Below, piece after piece: positions 13,001-24,665 of a DNA stretch of 64,000 nucleotides. Source of the stretch: Haliotis cracherodii (lineage: Eukaryota); NCBI RefSeq assembly GCF_022045235.1, contig NW_027266275.1, positions 28,148,001-28,212,000 of the forward strand, written 5' to 3'. The notes beneath the pieces are model-generated. The model was not told where the DNA came from. It saw only the letters and a program-made list of their open reading frames with translations, and ran no database searches. A program made the translations under genes and the position numbers. Within the stretch, counting starts at the first letter, position 1; each line of letters starts with the position of its first letter.

Positions 13001-16000
13001 TTCAAACTTGTTCCATGGAAACGAAATTTTAACACCCATAAATAGCAAAAGGCATCACTTCAGCCTTTGGTTAATACATGTACCACGTTTGGATGAAAAA
13101 TGTTGAATAGTGTTTTAGTTTGGATCCAGAAACCTCACCTACCTGTTTCAGCTAAGTCTAACGTGTTACCATGGAAACAGGGAAAAATAAAATTTTGAAA
13201 TTTTCCTAAATAGCAAAAGGCACCACTTCAGCCCTTGGTTAATACATGTACCAGGGTTGGATGAAATGACTTTCACAGTTTCCGTGTTGTGCTCTGAAAA
13301 CAACACCTACCCTACTCCCAAGTCCAAATTGTTTCCATGGAAATTAAGAAAAAGAAAAATGCCAAAAATCAGTAAATAGGAAAGGGCATCACTTCAGGAT
13401 TTGTTAGATATATCTGCCATTTTTGTTGAGAAATATTGAACATTTTGAAACATATACAGTAAAAGCAACATCTAAAATAACACAATATTAGTAAAGTAAT
13501 AGTTTGTGCTTAGTACGGGGCACTTATAAAGATGACAAGCAGATTTGGTCAGAAGAGTTTATTGGGAATGGGGTGCTTAATATAGCAAATGTGGTATTCG
13601 TAATTGCATTACTCTGCAAAGACCTATTTGTATCGCTAGATAAAGACTACACGATATGTGAAGGTACGAACCGATAACCAGTTTGTGATTTCTCCTTTCT
13701 CTTTTGTTTGTGGGTCAAGCTTTGCAGCAGCCCCAAGACCCTCCTTTGAATAAGCTTTCGTCTTTGTTTCTCGCTCAACCACCTTGAATCTTTCCATTTG
13801 CTGTAAACAAGAATATCATGCTTAATGTCACCATTGCTAAGACAACAGACTTATTTATACTACATAGCAAGAAATAATTATATTTTACTGAACTTGATAT
13901 GAACTATGAAGGCAATATTTCTTGACAAGATATCTTGACATTCTGAAAATAAATTCATGGAAACATTTGCTGTATTGGATACAAATGGTCCAAGAGGAAG
14001 TATGTCAGTTACTTACTGTCAATATTGTACTGGTACACTGGTTCATGACATTGACAGTAAGTAACTGGCATTTTACTTAATGTCAGTTACTGTCAATATC
14101 ATTGTACTGGTACACACGTTCAAGAGGAAGTATAATGTCAGTTACTTACCGTCTCTATGAGTTTTCTGTGGTCCAACAGAGTGGACTTGTCTTTGATGTC
14201 GCTGTTGGCAACCCATGATTTGATCTGATCACGCAATCGCTGTAAAATGAGAAATGTTTTATGTTTATTCTGCCTGAAAATGTGTGGCATAAAGTAGAGC
14301 CTACCTGAGAAACATAACATTACAAAACTAAGTGTCTTAAAATTGCTGAATGTATCACAAAGAATAAATATTTCCATGGCATCAAACTTTAGCATGCTTA
14401 GCTATGATTCAGACGATAAAGCCCACAAAAAGAATTCTCTCCAAGGAAGCTTAGCTGATAAACAGTGTTTTGTATAGACTGTAACTTTCTCCAAATTTCA
14501 CAGTTTCTGCATATGCAGTGTAGTGCACATAATGTTAAGGCATGAAAAGAGATGAAAATACCTGTAACTTCTTGATTTCTCTTTTCAGATCAGTTTCATA
14601 TTTCTCCTTCTGGTTGCTATTAGTTGCTTGTTGTACCTTTTAAAGAGAAAAACAACTTTACAAACCTCAAAACCAAAAACAGTCCATATGCTATACAAGC
14701 ATAGTCCCATTCCAGACTTTCTTGCATATTTGCTTAACAGTTACGTCTCCAATATTAATCTATGATTTATCGATATTTACTCAGCGATTATCGATGGCCA
14801 GCCCTACGAGGCACTGTACATAAAATTCAAGCATGCCATTTCCTGTGTTATGTATGCCATGGGCATGGCAGCACTAGTAATTTCCAACCTGAAAATTAGA
14901 AATGTTAAGTGTCAATCCATTCATACTATGAAGTCACTATAACTTCAACAATGAATGACTAGTAGCCCTTCCACACAGTTGGAATTTAACATAAATCCAT
15001 TAGGCCTGACTTGCACCAATAGAAACTAACATTTGTAGTTCACTAGTGCTCATAATGATATCATATAGCAAAACTGTAATAAATGGCAAAATTCTTCTAG
15101 TCCTCATGATACCTTAACCGTTGGGCAGAATGGCAAGGACTAGTGCCAATTTCTACTGCTGACTTGTAAAATTCAGGAAGAACCAGTGACACTTCAGTGT
15201 GGACTACCACCTTTACCATAAGGTAGATCATTTTTGCAGACAAGTGAAAATAAAAGTTCACTCTAACCCTGTTTCAGTGTTTCCAGTCATTGATCAATAC
15301 TACTAACTACCGAGACAAGTCTCTGTTAACATCTGGGATAAGATTGGTCTTCAGTATCCTATGCTTGCCGAAAGAGGCGACTAATGGGATCGGGTGGTCA
15401 GGCTCACTGACTTGGTTGATGCATATCAGTGTATCCCATTATGTTGTTTGATGCACATGATATCAATCACTGGATTGCCTCGCCCGGACTCAATTATTTT
15501 TAAAGTCATATAGCTTGAATATTGCTGAGTGAAGTGTTCAACAAACATAACAGAAAAGTGATTCAGATTGATGCTTGTCATCGTTCAAATATATTTCTGC
15601 TTCCCATCAAATGTATCAGGGTCTTTGACTGATGGTCAATAAACATGTATTTAATACACTTCATCAAGTTCACATATAAAAATCTATGCCTGTTTGCCAA
15701 CACAACGCACAAACAAATAGAAGGTGTAAAAAGCAAACAAGTAGACAACCAATAATCAAAATAATATGTGCCTAAACTAAATACAGTGGAATGCTTAATA
15801 GTACACAGCTGCGAGAACTTCCTGGAAATTTATCACACAATCCAACTCACTGCTGCCTCAGTACCTGGCATATCTGCATTACATTAATTATTCCTTTGGA
15901 TTATAATCAATATTCATTCACTGACACTGGATCATCAAGGATGACCATATACATGACAGTGAAATTCAAGGATTGGCAATCCAGGGTATTCTGAGAATAT

Positions 16001-18825
16001 CATTCTCAGGGAACCGTCAATGACTTGGCTCTATAAAACAGGCACCTGTGCAACCAAAGATCATTAAAAAATGCAACCTAATATGTAATATTAGATGAAT
16101 AGATGACCACGGAAGTTTATCCAACATGCCCGATCATAATGATAAATGAGTACAGTGAATACAGAAACAAAACTTTTCAATGCTCTGCCTACACTGTAAT
16201 ACATTACATTAGAAGACTTAACAGATATAAAACAAATCTATAGACATGATGAACCAGACCATGTCATTGCCATGATTGCTGAATGTATTGAACACATAAG
16301 TGAAGGTTTGTGGTTCAAACATAAACACAAGTGTCTGTGTGTAGTATGGATCATATTTATCATGTTTATAGATATAGTTTCTTTGGTTTAGTTTTGTACA
16401 TTGCAATATATCATTCCATCCATGCTAACATGTACAATCAATAAAACATACAACAGACAAATGAAATAAGACAGTTTACCACAAAATATTAAGTAGGACA
16501 TATGAAATAATTATGCTTTGGATCTCTATACATACTAAACAGTTTGTAAATTGATAATCTGACAAATTGCTGTACACTACAATCCTATGTTTAATACATA
16601 CACTGTAGGGACTGGTTCTATCATATTTAGTACATGTTGAGTGAAAGGATTCACAAAGAAAATATGCAAACAATGTCCAGGACATGTGAGTGTATACCTT
16701 TTTCCATATGTCTTCAAATACTTCAACACCTTCACTAACTTTCTTAAGGCATCTGTCAATTTCACCTGAAAAGAAGAAAAAATATTTTGTGTTGTCTAGT
16801 AACAAGTAACAAAAATGCAAACTTTTCAATTCCTGACAAAGACCACAAATCTGTCGATTGACACCCGTGACACCCTTTTTAGTATTCAAATCTAATGGTT
16901 GGAGGTAACTCTAAGGAGCCAATCTGGATCATACACACAAAATAATGTTGCATAACTGTCACCTGAACGAAGATCAGGGATCATATTCTGATGCAGTTTG
17001 CATTAAATTTAAATTAATTTTGCATCCCTGTCATATGAACATCCCCTTCTACATCCTTATCACCAACACCTCTGGGATCACTTGTGGATTGAATTCCCCA
17101 ATATTATGCTCTAGTGCACATAAATCATAACTGACATCAGTAAATGCCACTAACTTGGTGTTTATGAGCCATCGATTTCTAAATCTTAATAACGCATCAA
17201 TACTGAATGAATTATGTATTTCACAAATTCACAACTTTTTTGTAACTAAGTATACCATATTGACATACATAAGAAGTTCAGATGTGTGGGATCTTTTGAA
17301 ACTTTTTCAGGAATGTAGTCTGTGTAGTTAGCAGTTAGACTAATAAAGAGAAAAAACTGCCATGAAAGCTTCTATTAGCCCATGAACAACATTTGTACAT
17401 ATGGACCTATCTCGCATAGCTTGAGGGAATACCATAGATCATCCATCGGCTGTGTGTGTTTCATACAAGATATGAATAAGGGTAGTTACCGGTAGGCAGT
17501 TTTCCAATGCATGCCATACTTATTTGACAAACATGATAAAAAAAGGATGGTCTTTAAATTCAAATATATATTTTTAAATAATGTAAAATGTTTGTGTAAG
17601 TCTGCTTTCGATTTTAAGAATGTTGCGATCATAATCCTATAATTTACAAGTGTGAATATGCATGATTGGTTATTATTTTCATGTATATGCATGTACAGTT
17701 GTAAAGCAATGCATCCAGAATGGCTTGTCCTCAAACATGTCACAAAGTAGTAAACAAATATACAAAACTTGGAAACAACCCTGAAAGATCAAAGAATTTC
17801 AAAGATCAAATTAATTCTGATTTTGTCCCATTAACTGCTTTCCATGGTTAACCCATACATGGTCGGACAATAAATTGGTCTACGGTTTTAAATATCTTCA
17901 TGATCATTAGTGAAATCTTCATTCTATGTACATGATCCCAATGATGTATGTTTCTATTGCAATATCAGTACATTTAATGATGGAAAAATAATCACTGTTT
18001 ATCTTCCTCAAATTTCTGTGAATATACAGAGTGGACTGCTGAGTTTGAGGCCATGCAAGTGCTGAGGATAGAATTATGACAATGTTTATTAATGCATCTA
18101 CTTAACCATAACAAATTTAAGATAGATTTCAAAACTACTGATTTCATTAACTTGTACCAAATTAAAACTCTTCTTTTGTGCTCAGCATATTAAGTTGTGC
18201 CATGTTAATCAGAACTTGGTGGAATCAACAGGACTGTCAAAATGACATGTAGCTGATCTAGTTGCAATAATGAAAAATATAATTTGTCAAATGATGATGT
18301 ATAGTAGCCTGTTGCGATCGGAAGACATATTAAATCATAAGCCTTTCTGCATTGACAATGTGGGAGAGCGAGACCACATTTACAAATCTGAGCATCAGAT
18401 TTAGAGGGTGACAATTCAGTTACTTAATTATATCCAATACTTTTGATATCACAATTGAGGTGAAATTCAAATAGTGAAATCCTGACCAGATTTATTCTAT
18501 CCTGAGTACGCTGTATATGGCAGATGCACACAACAATATTTGAAGGTTTCAGACAGGAAATGTTTTGTTTTCCCTGGTGCATCTACAGAACATTCAACAC
18601 GTTTCCATATGTGCATCACTTAGTCAGGATCTCGCTGAAACATGTGTATTAACTCTCTAATTTCACCTCAATCGAGTATGCAGATAAATTACAGCAATGT
18701 TATTTCTGCAGCTGATTAGATTTCTGCAACACAAAATCTTCTTTCATTATAACGAAACCAGAGTGTGGAAAGTGTTTGCTGTTATAAGATCTCTCCTCAC
18801 CTTGAAGCTTTCGCCTGTCAGCCAT
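75..18825 (-). CDS. CNOT3: CCR4-NOT transcription complex subunit 3, spliced gene, 3' end off-window. Exons: 18801-18825, 16698-16765, 14562-14636, 14150-14239, 13672-13800, 12285-12374, 11824-11934, 11585-11690, 10099-10244, 9934-9984, 7704-7786, 5851-5963, (4610-4693 optional), 3639-3940, 3097-3202, 2353-2644, 1893-2025, 75-200
   Basis: Spliced translation begins [31 protein letters not shown] (Not3 N-terminal domain), includes [22 protein letters not shown], and ends in the NOT-box [52 protein letters not shown]. All splice phases are compatible. Confidence 0.97.
1893..2025 (-). CDS. CNOT3: CNOT3 exon ([11 protein letters not shown]...FFIFYYME)
   Basis: NOT-box start, AG/GTGAGT bounded. 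Confidence 0.95.
2353..2644 (-). CDS. CNOT3: CNOT3 exon (Q/P-rich, then LGVAPLGP...HPSDSERLR)
   Basis: Conserved segment preceding the NOT-box. Confidence 0.93.
3097..3202 (-). CDS. CNOT3: CNOT3 exon ([15 protein letters not shown]...)
   Basis: SSLKSMA motif recalled from CNOT3 homologues; AG/GT bounded. Confidence 0.88.
3639..3940 (-). CDS. CNOT3: CNOT3 S/T/A-rich exon ending at a GC donor
   Basis: Open frame DAKPTGNS...GPSLQ; CAG|GCAAGT gives the phase 0 required by the next exon. Confidence 0.82.
4610..4693 (-). CDS. CNOT3: CNOT3 candidate cassette exon ([28 protein letters not shown])
   Basis: TTGTAG acceptor, G|GTAAGC donor, 84 nt, phase 1-1, open frame. Confidence 0.55.
5851..5963 (-). 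CDS. CNOT3: CNOT3 exon 12 (NPHSQN...[14 protein letters not shown])
   Basis: CAG/GTAAG bounded, phase 2-1. Confidence 0.82.
6004..7070 (+). mobile_element. Helentron-associated (HINE-like) non-autonomous element, interrupted by a SINE
   Basis: Starts AACAAGAGTCATCAGAAGATG; about 150-bp internal subrepeats; (CAGA)n microsatellite; colinear with 12637-13450. Confidence 0.6.
6444..6792 (-). mobile_element. tRNA-derived SINE with a V-domain-like core
   Basis: A box TGGTCTAGTGG, B box GGTTCGATCCC, core GTCATACCAAAAG..ATGGTAC..TGGCGCTCGGCATTAAGGG; 13-bp TSD at 6431-6443 and 6793-6805. Confidence 0.85.
7704..7786 (-). CDS. CNOT3: CNOT3 exon 11 (low complexity)
   Basis: CAG/GTGAGT bounded; phase 0-2 is needed to link the neighbouring exons. 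Confidence 0.78.
7853..8170 (-). mobile_element. V-domain-like SINE copy
   Basis: Similar to 6444-6792. Confidence 0.8.
8514..8712 (-). mobile_element. Short tRNA-derived SINE with (ACTC)n tail
   Basis: Reverse complement of 33488-33650; TSD AAGAATTTAAGA. Confidence 0.85.
9105..9690 (+). mobile_element. HINE-like element, related subfamily
   Basis: Three related subrepeats; terminal CCCCC..GGGG-ATAA palindrome. Confidence 0.5.
9934..9984 (-). CDS. CNOT3: CNOT3 exon 10 ([17 protein letters not shown])
   Basis: AG/GT bounded, phase 0-0. Confidence 0.82.
10099..10244 (-). CDS. CNOT3: CNOT3 exon 9 (S/P-rich, [15 protein letters not shown])
   Basis: AG/GTAAG bounded, phase 1-0. Confidence 0.88.
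11585..11690 (-). CDS. CNOT3: CNOT3 exon 8 ([32 protein letters not shown])
   Basis: Conserved end of the Not3 domain. Confidence 0.95.
11824..11934 (-). CDS. CNOT3: CNOT3 exon 7 (HEKLDELK...[11 protein letters not shown]...DQ)
   Basis: Conserved Not3 helix, phase 0-0. Confidence 0.9.
12285..12374 (-). CDS. CNOT3: CNOT3 exon 6 ([18 protein letters not shown]...KKTE)
   Basis: AG/GT bounded, conserved peptide. Confidence 0.92.
12637..13450 (+). mobile_element. HINE-like element, second copy
   Basis: Same start and subrepeats (CCATGGAAAC..AAATAGCAAAAGGCACCACTTC..TACCAAGTTTGG). Confidence 0.6.
13672..13800 (-). CDS. CNOT3: CNOT3 exon 5 ([22 protein letters not shown]...NWLS)
   Basis: Conserved Not3 motif, phase 0-0. 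Confidence 0.93.
14150..14239 (-). CDS. CNOT3: CNOT3 exon 4 ([30 protein letters not shown])
   Basis: AG/GTAAGT bounded, conserved peptide. Confidence 0.95.
14562..14636 (-). CDS. CNOT3: CNOT3 exon 3 ([25 protein letters not shown])
   Basis: AG/GT bounded, conserved peptide. Confidence 0.95.
15330..15550 (+). mobile_element. SINE-like copy (family of 60587-60846)
   Basis: Sequence similarity. Confidence 0.75.
16698..16765 (-). CDS. CNOT3: CNOT3 exon 2 ([23 protein letters not shown])
   Basis: AG/GT bounded, conserved peptide. Confidence 0.95.
18801..18825 (-). CDS. CNOT3: CNOT3 coding exon 1 (MADRRKLQ)
   Basis: ATG...CAAG|GTGAG; conserved N-terminus. Confidence 0.93.
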
Positions 18826-18829
18826 AGCT

Positions 18830-19430
18830 ACGAATACCAATAGAACAGTAATGTGGGCATGCTACGACTGCTGCAAAATATCCCAAATTGACATGAAAGA
18901 CAGACAAAAAGTGGGAAATCCTCTGTCAAAAGACTCCTAAGATAAACCAATATGGCTGCTATTCACTCGCAGGCAAATCACATAACAAAAGTGCTTGCGC
19001 GACTTCGGATGAGAAGTAGGTCCGAGTGGTATTTTCATTCCTGGGTATGAAAAATGAACTGCTTCAAATTGACTTATTTCTTAGTCATTTATATAGTCAT
19101 TTTAATTGTAGTCAAAATTAAAATCACACAAGGCCAATTTTTAGGTGAAAATAACGAATATGGTCGACGATATTTTCTTGCACCGGAATGGCCGAGGCTA
19201 AGTTTATGCGCATGCGTTACCAGACACTCGGCTTAGTGTTTACATGCGAGAGGACAAGTTACAAACTAATTTCACTCAAGTTATGCCGTGTTATCGGTAA
19301 CTTTATCAGACATTTTTTCTAAGAGAACGAAAGTGACTGGAATGGAAAGTCTGAATGCTTGTCATTCTTAATCGTTAAGAGGTGAAGCAATGTAAACACA
19401 GGAGGAAGGTTGAGCCCAAGTTCCAAGTGA
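18830..19430. promoter_or_regulatory. Probable bidirectional promoter and 5' UTR region for CNOT3 and CEP131
   Basis: Head-to-head genes; visibly more CpG; YY1-like CCAATATGGCTGC at 18947-18959; NRF1-like TGCGCATGCG at 19207-19216; candidate plus-strand UTR donor (CAA|GTGAGT near 19426). Confidence 0.55.
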
Positions 19431-19666
19431 GTGCACTCTCAGTGACAGATTCTTATGTCTTCATTAAAAACAGAAATGCTTCAATCGAAATGGAATCGTT
19501 CGTGTCGTGTTATCAAAACACGTGTTTTTTCGTTATTAACCACACCAATGATAATTATCTGTAACTGACAAATACTTATCTGCCCCGATTTTTGGTGCAT
19601 TTTCATTATTGCAACACCATGATGATTTCAACAACAGCTTTGCCTGACAAGCCTTTAGAGACAGAC

Positions 19667-19824
19667 AGCAGTGGTGGAAACTAACATGTTTAGTCCACTA
19701 GCCCTTATAATGATAACATATAGCAAAACCACCATTAAATGGCAAATTTTACTATTCCTTATGATGCCTTTACTATTGGGCAGTTTGACAAGGACTACAG
19801 GACTGGTGCTAATTTCTAACGCTG
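19667..19824. repeat. About 150-bp interspersed repeat (other copies at about 15015-15160 and 28717-28864)
   Basis: Shared TAGCAAAAC..AAATGGCA..TTGGGCAG..GGCAAGGACTA..GTGCCAATTTCTA. Confidence 0.7.
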
Positions 19825-22261
19825 GACAGTACCCAATTTTGCTAAATTTTTGCCTTTTGACACCTACACATAAAAAAAATAATAAATATATGCGTATATG
19901 ATCAATGATGGTGATAAGTAGAACTGTTGGTAATTTGTTCCAAGAGATATGACGGGAGACTAATTTCTGTGGACTCAATTGGGTCTTCAGAGTAGGGCCT
20001 ATATGGGTTATGGCTAAAACGGCACCTCAGCAAAATGTCATAGAGAAAACAGCACAAATTTGTGAAAATGGAACCTCGGTCATGCGAAAACAGCTACTTT
20101 TTAGAGGCGAAAACAGCATCTTATGGAGCACCTTTAGAATTCAGCACCACAACGTCTCGTGAGGACAATCTCTACTTTAGGTCAGATGTCACCATTTTGT
20201 TAGAATCTGTAGAACTCCAACAAGCAACCTGCAGATTGTTAGCCCCAAAGGTCACTGATTTTTACATACAGTAGTCCTGCCTAAATGAAATGGGGACAGA
20301 CATTTATGAAGGATGGCCATGGTGTTGCAATCTATGGACACTTACAAGTGGTCACAATGCCATTTGGCTCTAACAGCTCCAGGTGTCAGATGTTGAAACT
20401 CATGAGTATGCATGAATGACCAGTATTTATTAATTTATTGGGTGCTTTTGTGCAGAAAAGTGGAGGGGGAACAGTGTATGGTTAGCATTGATCATTTTAA
20501 GGACCTAGGGAGGCTTTGGCATTGCTTCTGACGCCATGATGGTGAGTCAGCTTCATCATCTTATCTGAGCAAATGTAACAGCTGAAAGAGACTTAGAAGT
20601 TTCAGTACTTCCATGACACCAACCTTTTCATGTTTTTTATAATTGTATCAGAAAACAACAAGGTTAACAAGGATGACAAGAGGCTATGTTTGCATGATTC
20701 AACTCCCATGCTTGAAAGGGGTACAAACCTTTACCCTACACAGATTGTAGCATCATCATTGACTCATTGCAAAAGATGTACCACGGTAGTTTGATCATGT
20801 TCTTGCTGGTGGATGTTTGCAGGCAATATATTTATACCTAACAAACTGCATTCCTGTGCATGATAATGAAAACAAATGAGTCCAAAAATTAAGTATGTAT
20901 GTTAGAACCCAATATGATCTCTTTAGTTCAGTTAATTAAAGTGAAACTGAAAACAAATATTTTGAAATTATAAATGCTTTCATAAACTTAGGCTTGCTAT
21001 AAAATGCAATAAACAATGTCATAGGGTATTGTGACATGTTTGTAATGAGTGTGGTACTGAACTCTAAAGGTAGGACCATGATGTTTACATTTGTGTACAA
21101 TCTCAGTAGCGATGTCTACACAATATGGTGAGAATGGTACTTAGTATTATTTCTGAAAATACATGGGAATAATTCGTTAGAAGAGGTGGTATGTTTGATC
21201 TTAACCCTAACTAACAACTAAGGATTGGAAAGGGATAGGTATCCCTAAGGAAGGGAACTAAGGTTGAAGGATAGAGTTGGGGTATATCTACCCGACACAG
21301 CTAATGTGATCAGTGTTTGAAATTAAGCATGTACATCGTGGGGTCCTTGTTATGACCCTAATGCTAGAAGTTCAAGATTTCGATGTCCCTATATATTCAA
21401 ATGCTGTAGGAGCAAACCCTTAGGACCCCACTTAATTTGGAAACACTGCTATGAGGTCATTGAAGCAAGGGCCACAGCAGGTATCATTCTCTTTCAGATT
21501 AAATCCTCCTTGGGGCACTTATTGCATTTTCCTTGCTCAAGAAAATCTACATGACTTAGTTGTAACCATTTTCCTTAATAAAAATGTTACCACACAAAAA
21601 ACTTCGTTTTTGTATGATATACGACCACCCTTACGGGGCCTCACCCTCCACGGCGCGTCACGCCAGGGGGAGCAACTCTCACCCAAATCACTTTCCTTAT
21701 GTCATCTGTAAGAGACAGACGTGGCTGGGTTTTTTCAAGAGACAAAAAGAGTATCAGATTATCGTTCGACATGAACCATGGCTGACCAAACTATGTATGG
21801 TACATTTCTTTCATTGCAAAGGAGTAATACTTCGCATTGTAAAGTTATAGAGTTGTAATTATACGCCACGTGTACGGTACCTTTGAATTCAAATGGCGTC
21901 CATATTGTAGTTCCACAGTCTGATACATGTAACACCAAGGCCATTAGAAAGGGCTTGGGGTTTTGTTATATCATACAGCATTGGTCTACAATTTTTTCCT
22001 TTACATAAACCCAAGGTGGTGTGTTAATTTATAAACTACTCTTACCTTTTTTACGGGTTTTTACACCTTCGCGTAACATGCCCCTTTGGTGTTATAATTA
22101 TACTACGACATTGGCTATTAGTATCGCGTTACATATCGCATTCTACATTACGCCTTTGCTTCTAGTTTCACAATTTATGCACATATCTTTCGGATCTTTA
22201 TATCACACTGATACACTTTAATACCCTTCCCGCCTACCTCAGAAATTATGGTCTTTTTTAC

Positions 22262-23390
22262 AGACCTTCAAACTGTGTACGGGGTGTTCTGCATCCATTC
22301 CCACCCGCCCAAGACCGGCATGAATGCTGCCTGAAATGTCTGGCTGAGGACAGGCATGAAAATGGGTCATGCCCGATCTGCATTGCCTTCACCCCCGTGC
22401 CCAAAAGAAGAGACAAGTAGATTAAATGCACTTTAAAGGTCTCTTAAAGGATCGGCTAAGACCACTCCCCCAACCCCCTCTAAAAAGGGTAAAAAAGCTG
22501 CCGAGATTTTCTCCTCCGCTCCCTCCCCGGGGGCCGGGGGAGAAGGCTCGAGGGTCCCCGTAGTAAAAACTGCACCCTCTCCTGCACCGTCTTTGGCAGA
22601 CATCTCTGCTCTACTGAAGTCGCAGATGGCGTCGACGATGGAGGAGGTGAAGTCTCAGCTCCGATAGCAGCTGCGGGCCGAGCCTTTCCCGTTTTCAGCG
22701 CCGGACGCGGCATCGAGACCTCGTGATATGCGCTGTGTCAGCCGAGGCAGGCCACTTGGTCTCGGGGACGATCCGAGACCGGGCTTCGGCTATGGCTCGA
22801 GGTCACTCCCCATCGGAGGTGTGGTGGGTGCTGGCCCGTGCACTACCGACGCAGTTTTCCCATGCGGAGCCAGATGCCTGTTCTGAGGTGGTTGCCTCCC
22901 TTTCCTGCGTGCGGTGCGGAATTGAAGGCTGCTTACATATGCTTCGAGGAGCAATATCGTAATGCATGCCAACAACGCTGTGTGTCCGTACACTCCGCGT
23001 ATCTGTCGGCTGTACAGAGGGAGTTAGCGGGGGACTTACGGAAGTTCACAGTCATCTTGCGCGGGACGCTATTCGTAGCTGTGCTTCGCAGATGATGTGC
23101 GCAGTTATGGGCATGCGCAGGCTGTGCCATATAAGATGGGTGCCACCCTCTGCCCTGGGGCTCAGCAGGTGGTCCGAGAGGCCATGCAATTGTATGCTTC
23201 CATCAAGGACTCTAAGGCCTTGTTGGAGGTACCAAGCGTTAAACCGCGTAAGCGGACCTCTCCGCTTGACTCCTCCTACGCTGACGCACCGGGTCGGAAG
23301 TCCACACCTGCTTTGAAGCCAATGCCTCAAGCCGGATGTTCCCTTGCCGAGGTTGATGCACTTCTTATAAAAGCTGCGATCGAACAGTTC
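22262..23390 (+). pseudogene. DIRS gag remnant
   Basis: Frameshifted Cys/His cluster FKLCTGC..DRHECCLKCL..H..CPIC at about 22262-22430, typical of the DIRS gag N-terminus; disrupted downstream. Confidence 0.7.
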
Positions 23391-23392
23391 CC

Positions 23393-24665
23393 GTGGGACA
23401 GGAAAGCGAGTGCTTCTACTCGACATATTTCCTAGTCACCAAAAAAGACGGAGGGTTCAGGCCTATTCTCAATCTGAGATGGCTGAACAAACTTATAGAG
23501 GTACCATCCTTCAGGATGGAGACACTGCGCTCAGTGATCTTAGCTGTCGAGACAGGAGAATGGCTAACATCAACAGACCTAAAATACGAGGTTTACATTC
23601 GACGGGAGGTGTTATTAGTTCAGGGTTCTACCATTCGGGATCTCCACGGCCCCGAGGGTGTTCACCAAGCTGATGTTAATTCCTGCCCAAGTGGCCAGGT
23701 CGAAAGGTCGGTTCTGCCATCCGTACCTCGACGACTGGTTACTAAGAGATCTATCGCAATTCCTGAGTCAGATAGCTACACAAGAAGTGATATTCTGATC
23801 ACTCTAGGGTGGATAGTCAATCTCAAGAAGTCAGATCTGAGCCTTATTCAGAATCTAGGCTTCCTAAGGGCGAATTTCAACACGGTGAGCAGACTTGTAT
23901 CTCTGTCACAAGCTCGCATTGCCAAGGTCAGAAGTGTTACTTCCAAGTTCCTTCTGTCCGCAAGTCACACTGCTCGTACATGGCTCCAGTTACTGGGCAA
24001 CATGGCGGCGACAGTGGATGTGGTCTGGCAGGCGCGCTTGAGAATGAGACCCATTCAACAAGCACTCCTTCGACTTTGGGTGAACTCGGAAGATCTCGAG
24101 ACTGTGTTCGAGACTCCGCAGTGGCTCATTACACACCTTCAGTGGTGGACCGAGGTCGGGAATCTGTCCCAGGGGCTCCCCCTCGACACTCCCGTTCCGT
24201 CTCTCACAGTTCAAACAGACGTGTCACTCTCTGGCTGGGGAGGCGTTCTGAACGATCACACTGCCTCGGGCCTATGGTCAAAGCAGGAGATCAAACTGCA
24301 TATCAATGTGCTAGAACTGAGAGCGGTCAGGTTGGTGTTCCAACGCTTCCTGGATCTGCTTCGTGGCCAAGTGGTTCGTCTAGAGATGGACAACCAAACG
24401 GCGATGACTCCGGAAGCAGGGGGGAATGGTGTCTCCGTCGCTTCTCCAAGAGATGTGGCAGTTCCTCCTTTGGTGTGACACTCACGATATCAGGGTGATA
24501 CCTGTTTATCTCCCAGGGGTGGACAACGTCCGTGCGGACGCTCTGTCTCGCCGGATCCTCGCTCCTCACGAATGGAGGCTCGACCCGGGGACATTCGGGA
24601 TTATCTCCCAGTTATATGTGTCGTTCCAGGTGGATCTGTTTGTGTCTTGGGAGAATCATTCATGC
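23393..24665 (+). pseudogene. DIRS pol remnant (RT, RNase H, start of methyltransferase-like domain)
   Basis: FLVTKKDGGFRPILNL; LPFG..APRVFTK and YLDD (23724-23735, shifted frame); RNase H TDVSLSGWG, HINVLEL, DN; EWRL..VDLF. Frameshifts, stops and deletions present. Confidence 0.9.

Noticed and set aside
23393-24478. Intact 361-aa reverse transcriptase gene
   Set aside because: The ORF wanders between frames, the YLDD motif is out of frame and a conserved block is deleted, so it is a pseudogene.
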